NCBI RefSeq assembly: GCF_036721295.1
Contig: NZ_DAIMLK010000014.1
DNA: 64,000 nt
Strand: one strand, 5' to 3'
DNA from: Sphingorhabdus sp.
GTDB taxonomy: Bacteria > Pseudomonadota > Alphaproteobacteria > Sphingomonadales > Sphingomonadaceae
Part shown: one piece after another, positions 36,062 through 44,578 of the stretch
Numbering within the stretch: the stretch's first letter is position 1
How the letters are laid out: every line of letters starts with the position of its first letter
Made by a program: the position numbers and the translations under genes
The notes under the pieces: generated by a model
What the model saw: the letters and a program-made list of their open reading frames with translations, nothing else
Databases searched by the model: none
What the model was told of the DNA's origin: nothing

Positions 36062-37936
36062 ATGCAGTTTATGCGCGTGAGCTGGAAAATTTTGGTAGGT
36101 GTGAAGGACCTGTTGGTGCTGGTGTTTCTGGCGCTTTTCTTCGTGGCCATTTTCGCGCTACTGAATGCAAATCCAAACCCGGCAATGGTCCGCGATGGTG
36201 CATTGCTGCTCAAGCTTGACGGCGTAGTGGCCGAACAGCCGACCGACATCGACCCGCTGATGGCGCTGACCTCGTCGGCGTCCCCTGTCGGCGAAATCCG
36301 TCAACGCGACATCATTCGCGCGTTGAAGCTTGCCCAAAGCGACGAGCGCATAAAAGTTGTTGTATTGGACATGGAACGCTTCATGGGCGGCGGGCAAGCA
36401 AGCCTTACCGCAATTGGGGATAGCATTGATGCGGTCAAAAAGGCGGGCAAGCCCGTTTATGCCTTTGCAACCGCATATACCGATGACAGCTATCAATTGG
36501 CTGCCCACGCAACGCAGATCTGGATGGACCCGCTTGGCGGTGCATTATTGGCAGGTCCAGGGGGATCGCAGCCTTATTATAAGGGATTGCTCGACCAATT
36601 GGGGGTAAAGGCCAATATCTACCGCGTAGGCACGTTCAAAAGTGCCGTCGAACCCTTTATGCGGTCTGACCAGTCGCCTGAATCGAAAATGGCGATCAAA
36701 GGTGTGTATGATGAGGTGTGGGGCCAATGGAAAGTTGACGTCACCAAGGCCCGCCCGCAAGCGCAGTTGGATCAATTGCTGACCAATCCCGCTGATGCGG
36801 TTGAGGGCGCAAAGGGCGATCTTGGCCAGTTGGCGCTATCGACAAAATTGGTCGATAAACTGGGTGACAAAATTGCCTTTGGAAAGTTCATCGCCAGCAA
36901 AGTGGGCGCGGATGAAAAGAAGACGACTGGCGGCTTTGCGCATACGCATATGGATGCGTTGCTCGCCAGTTACGGCCCGCCATCGGCTGGAGCGCAAATC
37001 GGCGTTGTGACAGTCGCAGGAACCATTGTTGATGGTAAGGGCGGCCCCGGCTCAGCGGCTGGCGATACCATATCCGCGCTGATTTATGAGGCGCTGGATA
37101 CTAAGGATTTGAAGGCGCTTGTCGTGCGTGTGGATTCGCCCGGTGGATCCGTAACAGCATCGGAAAAAATCCGCCTCGCAATTGCCGCGGCTAAGGCCAA
37201 GGATATTCCGGTTATCGTGTCCATGGCCAATTTGGCGGCTAGCGGTGGCTATTGGGTTTCACTGCCCGCCGATGTGATAATTGCTGACCCGTCGACGATC
37301 ACGGGCTCCATCGGTATCTTCGGGGTCATCCCAAGCGCCGAGGCGGGCCTTGCGAAAATCGGCGTGAATGCGGACGGGGTCAAGACGACGCCATTGTCGG
37401 GTGAACCAGATTTCCTGAACGGATTTAGCCCTGAATTTGACCGTGTGGCGCAAAGTGCGATTGAAAATGGGTATCGCCAGTTTCTGACCCGAGTGGCTAC
37501 AGCGCGCAAAAAGACACCCGAGCAAGTGGACGCCGTGGCACAAGGGCGTGTGTGGGCCGGCGGCACCGCGCGTAAGCTTGGCTTGGTCGACCGGTCTGGC
37601 AATATGAACGATGCTCTGGCGGAGGCGGCAAAGCGGGCGGGGCTAAAACCGGATGGTTGGCATGCGGTATACATCGAACCGCCTACCAGCTTTGCCGGCA
37701 CGCTGCTTCAAGGCTTGATGCCAAAGCAGGCACAATCGAATGCACCGATGGATATATTTGCCCATGCCGCATGGCAGCAAAGCTTGTTCATGCAACGCGT
37801 CGCGGCTGACCTCGCGTTGTTGACCGGCGCAAAGGGCATTCAGGCCAGATGTTTGGAATGCGGGGACTTCGCGCCGCCTGCGCCTGCCGCAGAGGAAAAA
37901 ACGTGGCTGTCGGTTCTACTGAACGCCTTCAGCTAA
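36062..37936 (+). CDS. sppA: Signal peptide peptidase SppA, 67K type
   Basis: 624 aa with an N-terminal TM segment and two tandem S49 peptidase domains (ASGGYWVS context in the second). Confidence 0.9.
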   Translation: MQFMRVSWKILVGVKDLLVLVFLALFFVAIFALLNANPNPAMVRDGALLLKLDGVVAEQPTDIDPLMALTSSASPVGEIRQRDIIRALKLAQSDERIKVVVLDMERFMGGGQASLTAIGDSIDAVKKAGKPVYAFATAYTDDSYQLAAHATQIWMDPLGGALLAGPGGSQPYYKGLLDQLGVKANIYRVGTFKSAVEPFMRSDQSPESKMAIKGVYDEVWGQWKVDVTKARPQAQLDQLLTNPADAVEGAKGDLGQLALSTKLVDKLGDKIAFGKFIASKVGADEKKTTGGFAHTHMDALLASYGPPSAGAQIGVVTVAGTIVDGKGGPGSAAGDTISALIYEALDTKDLKALVVRVDSPGGSVTASEKIRLAIAAAKAKDIPVIVSMANLAASGGYWVSLPADVIIADPSTITGSIGIFGVIPSAEAGLAKIGVNADGVKTTPLSGEPDFLNGFSPEFDRVAQSAIENGYRQFLTRVATARKKTPEQVDAVAQGRVWAGGTARKLGLVDRSGNMNDALAEAAKRAGLKPDGWHAVYIEPPTSFAGTLLQGLMPKQAQSNAPMDIFAHAAWQQSLFMQRVAADLALLTGAKGIQARCLECGDFAPPAPAAEEKTWLSVLLNAFS

Positions 37937-37950
37937 ACGGGCATTGAGGG

Positions 37951-38262
37951 CTAAGCCTTCACCGCGCAGATTAGTCCCGAGGACGTTGTAACACCCAATA
38001 TTTCTGGGTCCTGCAACGCACGTGTACGCGTTAGAAATTCCTCGACGGTCACGTTGCGTATATCCTGCCCGCGCAGTTTCTTCAGACCGCTCAACTTATT
38101 CAGTTGAATCAGCGAAAGGCGGTCGACCATGCGATCGGCCATACACGCGGCAACCGGTTGCGAAAGCCCCGCATCCATCAATGCCGTGCGGACGCGGGTT
38201 TCGGGGGTGGCGCAAGCCGAAAGCGCCAGTGATGTTATACCAACCAGCGCAATACGCTTCAT
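37951..38262 (-). CDS. Hypothetical small lipoprotein
   Basis: 103 aa with the lipobox LALSAC. It has a 4-nt overlap with the ppa stop, which suggests co-transcription. Confidence 0.55.
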   Translation of the reverse strand: MKRIALVGITSLALSACATPETRVRTALMDAGLSQPVAACMADRMVDRLSLIQLNKLSGLKKLRGQDIRNVTVEEFLTRTRALQDPEILGVTTSSGLICAVKA

Positions 38263-38795
38263 ACACCTTTTTCCTTTGCACGTTCAACGCATTCAATAAT
38301 AATGCGTTTTGCATCCGTTTCATCACCCCAGCCATTCAGCTTGGCCCATTTTCCGGGCTCCAAATCTTTATAGTGGGTGAAAAAATGCTCGATCTGTTGC
38401 AGGACGATAGGTGGCATGTCCTTATAGGTCACGACGTCGGAATAATAAGGGAAGGTTGCGTTCACTGGCACGCAGAGCAATTTTTCGTCGCCGCCCTTGT
38501 CGTCTTCCATCATCAACACGCCAATCGGACGGCATTTGACAACCGCGCCGGCGATAATGGGGGAGCGGGCTACGACCAAAGCGTCCAAGGGATCACCATC
38601 TTCACCCAAGGTGTGCGGCACAAAGCCATAATTGGCTGGATAGCGCATTGGCGTGTGTAAGAAACGGTCTACGAATAAAGCGCCAGATGCCTTGTCGAAT
38701 TCATATTTCACAGGCTCGCCGCCAATGGGGACTTCGATCAGGACGTTGAGGTTTTCGGGTACATTGTCGCCCGCAGGGATGAGGTCAATACGCAT
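38259..38795 (-). CDS. ppa: Inorganic pyrophosphatase (family I)
   Basis: 178 aa with motifs EIPIGGEPVKYEFDK and DGDPLDALV. Confidence 0.95.
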   Translation of the reverse strand: MRIDLIPAGDNVPENLNVLIEVPIGGEPVKYEFDKASGALFVDRFLHTPMRYPANYGFVPHTLGEDGDPLDALVVARSPIIAGAVVKCRPIGVLMMEDDKGGDEKLLCVPVNATFPYYSDVVTYKDMPPIVLQQIEHFFTHYKDLEPGKWAKLNGWGDETDAKRIIIECVERAKEKGV

Positions 38796-39095
38796 GGGAG
38801 AATGCTTTCAGTTTGATATGAGTTGGTCTGTCGTAGGCTGACCAGACAATCAATCGCGGTTTTGCCTTGGCCTGTGACTTCAAGGTGCGGATAGCGCAAA
38901 CCACGCGAATAGGCGATGTCTATTTGTGTAAAGCACTTGATGCGCTCTACCGGCAAACGAACCGGCGTTTTGTAATCCTTTGCCGCGCGTCTGCGCGACA
39001 ATATGTGTGGGTTCATGGGTGCAGATGTGGCGAAAGCGCGGCGCTGCGTCCAGCCCTATTCCACTCACAGCAATTAGCCGCTAGGGCGCTTCATT

Positions 39096-40331
39096 ATGGC
39101 AAAGATACAGACACCCCAAGCCGTGCGCGGCACGCAAGACATGTTCGGTGAGACCGAGGAACGCTTTGCGCATGTCGTCGCAACCTTCGAACGTGTGCGC
39201 AGGCTTTATGGATTTAAGGGCCTGCAACTGCCGGTGATTGAGCCCACAGCGGTGTTTTCACGTAGCCTGGGTGAGGCGACCGATGTCGTATCGAAAGAAA
39301 TGTATACGTTTGAAGACCGCGGCGGCGATTCCATCACGCTGCGGCCCGAATTCACCGCTGGCATTGCGCGTGCTTATTTGACCAATGGCTGGCAGCAATT
39401 TGCGCCGATGAAGGTTTCCGTGCACGGGCCATTGTTCCGCTATGAGCGCCCGCAAAAGGGCCGCTATCGTCAGTTTCACCAGATTGACGCCGAAATCATT
39501 GGCGCAGCGGAACCAGCGGCAGATGTAGAATTGCTCGTCATGGCGGACCAATTGCTGAAAGAGCTTGGCATAGATGACGGCGTGACGTTGCAGCTCAATA
39601 CGCTGGGTGACACGCCCAGCCGTGATGCATGGCGCGCGGCGTTGGTTGGCTATTTCAATGACCATAAAGACGCATTGTCGGAGGATAGCCTCGCACGGCT
39701 GGAGAAAAATCCGCTGCGTATCTTGGACAGTAAAGACCCCAAGGACCGCCCCATTGCCGACGCGGCGCCCGTGATTGATGATTATCTATCAGTCGAAGCG
39801 CAGGATTTCTTCGGCGCGGTCACTGCAGGCCTTGATGCTGCAGGCGTGGCATGGACCCGCAACGCGGCTTTGGTGCGTGGCCTCGATTATTACCGCCATA
39901 CGGCGTTTGAATTTGTGACCGACCGGCTCGGCGCGCAAGGCACTGTATTGGGTGGCGGGCGTTATGACGGCTTGATCGAGAATTTGGGTGGCCCCGCGAC
40001 GCCAGCAGTCGGCTGGGCTGCGGGTATTGAACGGTTGGCGATGTTATTGGAACATGTATCGCAGGACAAATTTGATGCCGTCATAGTTGTTGAGAATGAT
40101 GAACGCTTAAGTGATGCTATTCGTTTGGCGCGTAAACTGCGCGCTGCCCAGTTCGCCACTGAAATTGCGGCGACAGGTTCGCCGCGCAAGCGCTTTGACA
40201 AGGCTGCTAAATTGCCGTCGCACACGTTGATCTCTTTATCTGTGGCTGACGGCGCCCCGTCGATGCGCATTCGCGGCGAAGGCAGTGATATAGCGGCGCG
40301 TGTGGAAGCTTTTATTGTGGGCGCAAATTGA
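39096..40331 (+). CDS. hisS: Histidine--tRNA ligase
   Basis: 411 aa with RGTQDMFG, class II motifs ([28 protein letters not shown]) and a GGGRYDGL context. Confidence 0.93.
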   Translation: MAKIQTPQAVRGTQDMFGETEERFAHVVATFERVRRLYGFKGLQLPVIEPTAVFSRSLGEATDVVSKEMYTFEDRGGDSITLRPEFTAGIARAYLTNGWQQFAPMKVSVHGPLFRYERPQKGRYRQFHQIDAEIIGAAEPAADVELLVMADQLLKELGIDDGVTLQLNTLGDTPSRDAWRAALVGYFNDHKDALSEDSLARLEKNPLRILDSKDPKDRPIADAAPVIDDYLSVEAQDFFGAVTAGLDAAGVAWTRNAALVRGLDYYRHTAFEFVTDRLGAQGTVLGGGRYDGLIENLGGPATPAVGWAAGIERLAMLLEHVSQDKFDAVIVVENDERLSDAIRLARKLRAAQFATEIAATGSPRKRFDKAAKLPSHTLISLSVADGAPSMRIRGEGSDIAARVEAFIVGAN

Positions 40332-41404
40332 AAATCTCTCCGCACCGCATTGCGCAGATTGAGTCGCGCTTTTCCGAGCTTGAGGCACGCATGGCTTCGG
40401 GGCAGTTGGAGGGCGACGCTTTTGTGGCCGCCTCGCGCGAATATTCCGAACTGGAGCCTGTGGCCAAGGCCGCAGCTGAAGTCCGGCGCTTGCGCACGGA
40501 AATCGAAACGCTTGGGGCTATGGCGCAGGATAACTCCGACCCTGATTTGCATGCGATGGCGGTCGAGGAACTGGATGTTGTCACGCATCAGTTGTCGGAC
40601 GCGGAAACCTCGCTCGCCATTTCCTTGCTACCCCGCGACTCTGCGGATGACCGGCCAGCCATGCTCGAAATTCGTGCGGGTACGGGCGGTGACGAAGCGG
40701 CTTTGTTCGCTGGCGACCTCTATCGCATGTATGAACGCTATGCCGCCGGGCAGGGATGGAAGATTGAACCGATTTCGGTTAGCGCCTCCGACGTGGGCGG
40801 CTATAAAGAAGTGGTCGTCGCGATCAAAGGCACGGGCGTGTTTGCCAAGCTGAAATATGAAAGCGGCGTCCACCGTGTGCAGCGTGTGCCCGTAACGGAA
40901 AGCGGCGGGCGGATCCACACCAGCGCGGCAACGGTGGCGGTCCTGCCGGAGCCGACGGAAGTGGATATCCAGATCGAGGCGCGCGACCTGAAAATCGATG
41001 TGTATCGTGCGTCGGGTGCAGGCGGGCAGCACGTCAACACCACGGACTCAGCCGTGCGCATTACGCACTTGCCCACGGGTATTGTAGTGACATGTCAGGA
41101 CGGACGCAGCCAACACAAGAACAAGGAACAGGCCATGCAGGTCTTGCGTGCCCGCATGTATGAAAAAGAGCGTGAGGAGGCCCAAGGCGCCGAGGCCGAA
41201 GCCCGCAAGGCGATGGTTGGCTCCGGCGACCGTTCCGAACGCATCCGCACCTATAACTTTCCCCAAGGCCGCGTGACCGACCACCGGATCAACCTGACGC
41301 TGCATAAGCTGCCCGAGATTTTGGAAGGCGGCGGCTTGGGCGAACTGGTTGACGCGTTGATTGCCGAGGATCAGGCCGAGCGTATGGCCGGGTTGGGGGA
41401 GTGA
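40328..41404 (+). CDS. prfA: Peptide chain release factor 1
   Basis: 358 aa with a TTG start that overlaps the hisS stop. It has the PVT tripeptide context (RVPVTES) and the GGQ motif ([15 protein letters not shown]). Confidence 0.96.
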   Translation: MKISPHRIAQIESRFSELEARMASGQLEGDAFVAASREYSELEPVAKAAAEVRRLRTEIETLGAMAQDNSDPDLHAMAVEELDVVTHQLSDAETSLAISLLPRDSADDRPAMLEIRAGTGGDEAALFAGDLYRMYERYAAGQGWKIEPISVSASDVGGYKEVVVAIKGTGVFAKLKYESGVHRVQRVPVTESGGRIHTSAATVAVLPEPTEVDIQIEARDLKIDVYRASGAGGQHVNTTDSAVRITHLPTGIVVTCQDGRSQHKNKEQAMQVLRARMYEKEREEAQGAEAEARKAMVGSGDRSERIRTYNFPQGRVTDHRINLTLHKLPEILEGGGLGELVDALIAEDQAERMAGLGE

Positions 41405-41416
41405 CCACCCAACTGC

Positions 41417-41566
41417 CGTCGCCCCAGCGCAGGATGGAGCAACGGTGGGTTGGGGAGTGGGTTTTACCTCCCTATCGTCACCCTGAACTTGTTTCAGGGT
41501 CCATTTCGCCTCTGCACCCTTCGGTTGATGTGGCACGATGGATGCTGAAACAAGTTCAGCATGACG
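41417..41566. repeat. Cluster of REP-like hairpin repeats between convergent prfA and the monooxygenase gene
   Basis: 41417-41433 (CGTCGCCCCAGCGCAGG) is a third copy of the 27.25-kb repeat. 41476-41504 (CGTCACCCTGAACTTGTTTCAGGGTCCAT) matches the reverse complement of 41538-41566 at 25/29 positions. Each copy is an 8-bp hairpin. Confidence 0.65.
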
Positions 41567-41583
41567 TAGAGAAATAAAGCCGA

Positions 41584-42651
41584 CTAAACCGCCAACCGTC
41601 CATGTTCCAGTTTCGGCAGAACATAGCGTGCGAACATGTCGCATTCATTGATGTGCGGATAGCCCGATAGAATGAAAGCCTCGATACCCACGTCGCGATA
41701 GGCGTTGATTTTGGCGAGCACTTGGTCGGGGTCGCCAACGATGGCAGCGCCGCAGCCGGAGCGGGCGCGGCCAATGCCGGTCCACAGATTATCTTCTAAA
41801 TAGCCATCATTTGCTTCGGCTTGCGCGCGCAATTCGGCCTGATGCGCAACGCCGAAGGTTTGGGTGTCGAGCGATTTGTTGCGGATTGCCTCACCCTGAT
41901 CGGCATCAAGCTTGGACAGCAAACGGTTGGCATAAGCGCGGGCCTCTGCCTCGCTGTCGCGGACGATGACATGCGCGCGGAAACCATATTTCAGTGTGCG
42001 ACCGAACTTGGCTGCGCGGGCGGTCATGTCTTCGACCAGGTCCTTGGCACCCTGCACCGTTTCGGGCCACATGAGATAGACGTCACAACCTTCGGCAGCG
42101 GCGTTCTTTGCGGCTGGCGACAGGCCACCAAAATAAAGCGGCGGGCATTTGCCGCTGACCGTTTTCATGCGCGGCGGGTCGATGTCGATCTTGTAATGCT
42201 CGCCATCGATCGACAGATGTTCGCCGTTCAGCAAAGTCTTCAATATGTGCATCGCCTCAACGGTGCGGCGGTAGCGGGGGTCGGAATCCATCTTGTGGCC
42301 GGGCAAATCCGACGAGATGATGTTGACGTTCAGCCGTCCACCCGAAATCTGGTCCAGCGTCGCGATCTGCCGTGCCAGTTGGGGAGGCCAGCTTTCGCCG
42401 ATACGCACAGCCATGAGCAATTTTATCCGCGTGGTTAGCACCGCAATCGCACTGGCAAAGGCGGTGGTATCAAGACCAAGGGTATAGCCCGATGGCAGCA
42501 AGATATTGTCAAACCCGCCTTTTTCAGCGGCCAAAACGATATTGCGGCAATGTTCCCAGCTGGAGGCCAAATTGGCGTCAGGCACGCCCAGAAATTCATA
42601 GTCGTCATCGCACAACGCGGAGAACCAGCTGACTTCAACAGGTTTGCTCAT
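41584..42651 (-). CDS. SsuD-like LLM-class flavin-dependent monooxygenase (candidate sulfoquinovose monooxygenase, SmoC-like)
   Basis: 355 aa from the ATG at 42651, which forms an ATGA overlap with the AKR stop. It is collinear with E. coli SsuD as I recall it: VSWFSAL...YEFLG, PPLYFGGLS, HVIVRDSEAEA, NLWTGIGRARSGCGAAIVGDPDQV and ILSGYPH. Confidence 0.8.
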   Translation of the reverse strand: MSKPVEVSWFSALCDDDYEFLGVPDANLASSWEHCRNIVLAAEKGGFDNILLPSGYTLGLDTTAFASAIAVLTTRIKLLMAVRIGESWPPQLARQIATLDQISGGRLNVNIISSDLPGHKMDSDPRYRRTVEAMHILKTLLNGEHLSIDGEHYKIDIDPPRMKTVSGKCPPLYFGGLSPAAKNAAAEGCDVYLMWPETVQGAKDLVEDMTARAAKFGRTLKYGFRAHVIVRDSEAEARAYANRLLSKLDADQGEAIRNKSLDTQTFGVAHQAELRAQAEANDGYLEDNLWTGIGRARSGCGAAIVGDPDQVLAKINAYRDVGIEAFILSGYPHINECDMFARYVLPKLEHGRLAV

Positions 42652-43550
42652 GGCAGTGGCACTCCTCTTGCCGCGACCAATACGCTGTAATAATCCGCGC
42701 GGGTCCATTGAATTTTGAAGGCATCGGCGGCTTCGGCAATCCGCGCTGGGTTTTGCGAGCCCACAATCGGGATCGGTCGGGCGGGGTGCGCCATGATCCA
42801 GCTATAGGCCGCCGCCGTGCGCGAAACGCCATGCGCCGATGCAACTGCCGAAAGGGCCGCCGCGACATTTTCTTCGCGCGTATTACTTGGTTCACCAATG
42901 CGTCCGCCGCCCAATGGCGACCATGCCATCACGGCCAAGTCCATCGCCATCGCTTGATCCAGTTCGCCATTTTCGACGGTGTCGATCCGCAAGGGCGACA
43001 GTTCGGGTTGTGTCGAGACGATGGGAACCGGGCTAAATTGCGCCAGCGTTGCAATCTGCGCTTGCGTAAAGTTGGACACGCCGAATGCGCGAATTTTGCC
43101 AGCTTTATGTGCGTTTTCGATAGTGCGGGCGATTTCCTGCGGGTGCGTCAACACGTCTGGCCGGTGAATTTGCCATAGGTCGATGCGGTCGGTGCGCAAA
43201 CGGGTCAGGCTGTCATCAATGGCTTTGGTCAGATATTCTGCGCTGCTGTCATAAGGGGTTGGCGGGGTGATGCCGCCCTTTGTCGCCAGCACCATGCGGT
43301 CGCGATACTCAGGGGCTTGCGCAAATATTTGGCCAAGCAGTTCTTCTGCCTTGCCAAAACCTTGCTCACCAAAACCGTAAATATCGGCGGTGTCAAACAG
43401 GGTGATGCCAGCATCAAACGCGGCATCAATGGCGGCGCGCGCTGCAGACAATTCAAGACCAGCAAAGCGCCACATGCCCCATGCGAGCGACGAGATTTCT
43501 ATGCCACTTTTGCCCAATGGACGGGTGCGTGATGGGGAAGAAAGGGTCAT
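42648..43550 (-). CDS. Aldo/keto reductase (candidate 6-oxo-glucose reductase, SmoB-like)
   Basis: 300 aa with AKR motifs LAWGMWRF, FDTADIYG and GVSNF. It has ATGA overlaps on both sides. Confidence 0.8.
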   Translation of the reverse strand: MTLSSPSRTRPLGKSGIEISSLAWGMWRFAGLELSAARAAIDAAFDAGITLFDTADIYGFGEQGFGKAEELLGQIFAQAPEYRDRMVLATKGGITPPTPYDSSAEYLTKAIDDSLTRLRTDRIDLWQIHRPDVLTHPQEIARTIENAHKAGKIRAFGVSNFTQAQIATLAQFSPVPIVSTQPELSPLRIDTVENGELDQAMAMDLAVMAWSPLGGGRIGEPSNTREENVAAALSAVASAHGVSRTAAAYSWIMAHPARPIPIVGSQNPARIAEAADAFKIQWTRADYYSVLVAARGVPLP

Positions 43551-44578
43551 GATTTTTTGCTCTTTTTTGCAGAAGGGAAATAAGGTGGGGCGACGGATTC
43601 GCGGCTGATAAGTTCGTGGGGCAGGCGGCGATGTTCAATCCCGCCTTCGCCAAACAAAAGGTCGGCGGCGGTCGAGGCAAGGTCGCGAACCGGCTGACGC
43701 ACGGTGGTCAAGGGCGGCCAAACAACGCGGGCCAGCGTGGTATCGTCAAAGCCGGCAACCGAAAGCTGCTCGGGGATTTGAATACCGCGCCGATGTGCGA
43801 CCGCAAGCACGCCCGATGCCATGTCGTCGTTTGATGCGAAAATCGCGGTGGGAGGATGCTTCAGCGACAGGAATTGTTCCGTTGCCGCTACGCCGCTTTC
43901 GAAATCAAACCGTCCCTCGGTAATCAGGTCAGAATCAACCGATATGCCGACGCGTCCTAAGGCGCGTTCGTAACCCGCTTGTCGTTCGGTACTCGCCTTA
44001 TGATTTGGGTGGCCCTTGATAAAGCCGATCCGCCGATGGCCGATGTTGATCAGCTTCGTCGTCATGTCGTCGGCAGCCTGCATGTCATCCATGAAGACGG
44101 AGCTGGTCAGTGCATGGTTGGTGCCAGGCGAGATGCGCACAAAGGGAATGTTGAGTGCCTCAAGTGCGTTGAGCACAGGCACGCAATCGGTGACGGGGGA
44201 GGAGAGTATCGCCCCATCGACATGCGTTTGCCGGACCATGCCGCGCACCTGTTCACCTACGTCTGGGTCGGCAACATCCACCGGCTGCGCGATTAAGCGC
44301 ATGCCTTCTTGATGGCAACGGTCCCAGCATCCTTGCATGATTTGGTGCATATAATAAGGGCTGTGATTGTCGTAGATGAGGGCAATCTGTCCTGACTTGT
44401 TGCCCGCAAGAATGCGCGCGGCAATACTTGGGCTAAAGCCAAGTTCCGACATGGCGGCGTCCACCTTGGCCTTAGTCGCCGCGCTCACATAAGGATGGTC
44501 GTTGAGCACGCGGCTAACGGTTTTAACCGCCACACCAGCCAGCTTTGCGACATCGCGTATGTTGGCGCGTGGGTTCAT
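43547..44578 (-). CDS. LacI-family transcriptional regulator
   Basis: 343 aa with an HTH N-terminus (IRDVAKLAGVAVKTVSRVLN) and a periplasmic-binding-protein-like sugar-binding core. Confidence 0.9.
   Translation of the reverse strand: MNPRANIRDVAKLAGVAVKTVSRVLNDHPYVSAATKAKVDAAMSELGFSPSIAARILAGNKSGQIALIYDNHSPYYMHQIMQGCWDRCHQEGMRLIAQPVDVADPDVGEQVRGMVRQTHVDGAILSSPVTDCVPVLNALEALNIPFVRISPGTNHALTSSVFMDDMQAADDMTTKLINIGHRRIGFIKGHPNHKASTERQAGYERALGRVGISVDSDLITEGRFDFESGVAATEQFLSLKHPPTAIFASNDDMASGVLAVAHRRGIQIPEQLSVAGFDDTTLARVVWPPLTTVRQPVRDLASTAADLLFGEGGIEHRRLPHELISRESVAPPYFPSAKKSKKS

Noticed and set aside
38796-39095. A possible ncRNA or small gene in the 300-nt ppa-hisS divergent region (ORFs 38738..39016 and 38867..39151).
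   Set aside because: There are only short weak stems, no terminator, no RBS-linked ORF and no recognisable RNA family. It is most simply two divergent promoters.
41532-41547. A sigma54-like promoter, TGGCACG-N4-ATGCT.
   Set aside because: It deviates from the conserved TTGC element, it sits inside a repeat copy, and it points into the 3' end of a convergent gene with nothing to transcribe.
41048-41644. A 198-aa minus-strand ORF spanning the prfA 3' end and the repeat cluster.
   Set aside because: One half is antisense to prfA. The other half is a translation of the REP-like hairpins (…TLKQVQGDD…), which is a known source of spurious 'hypothetical proteins'.
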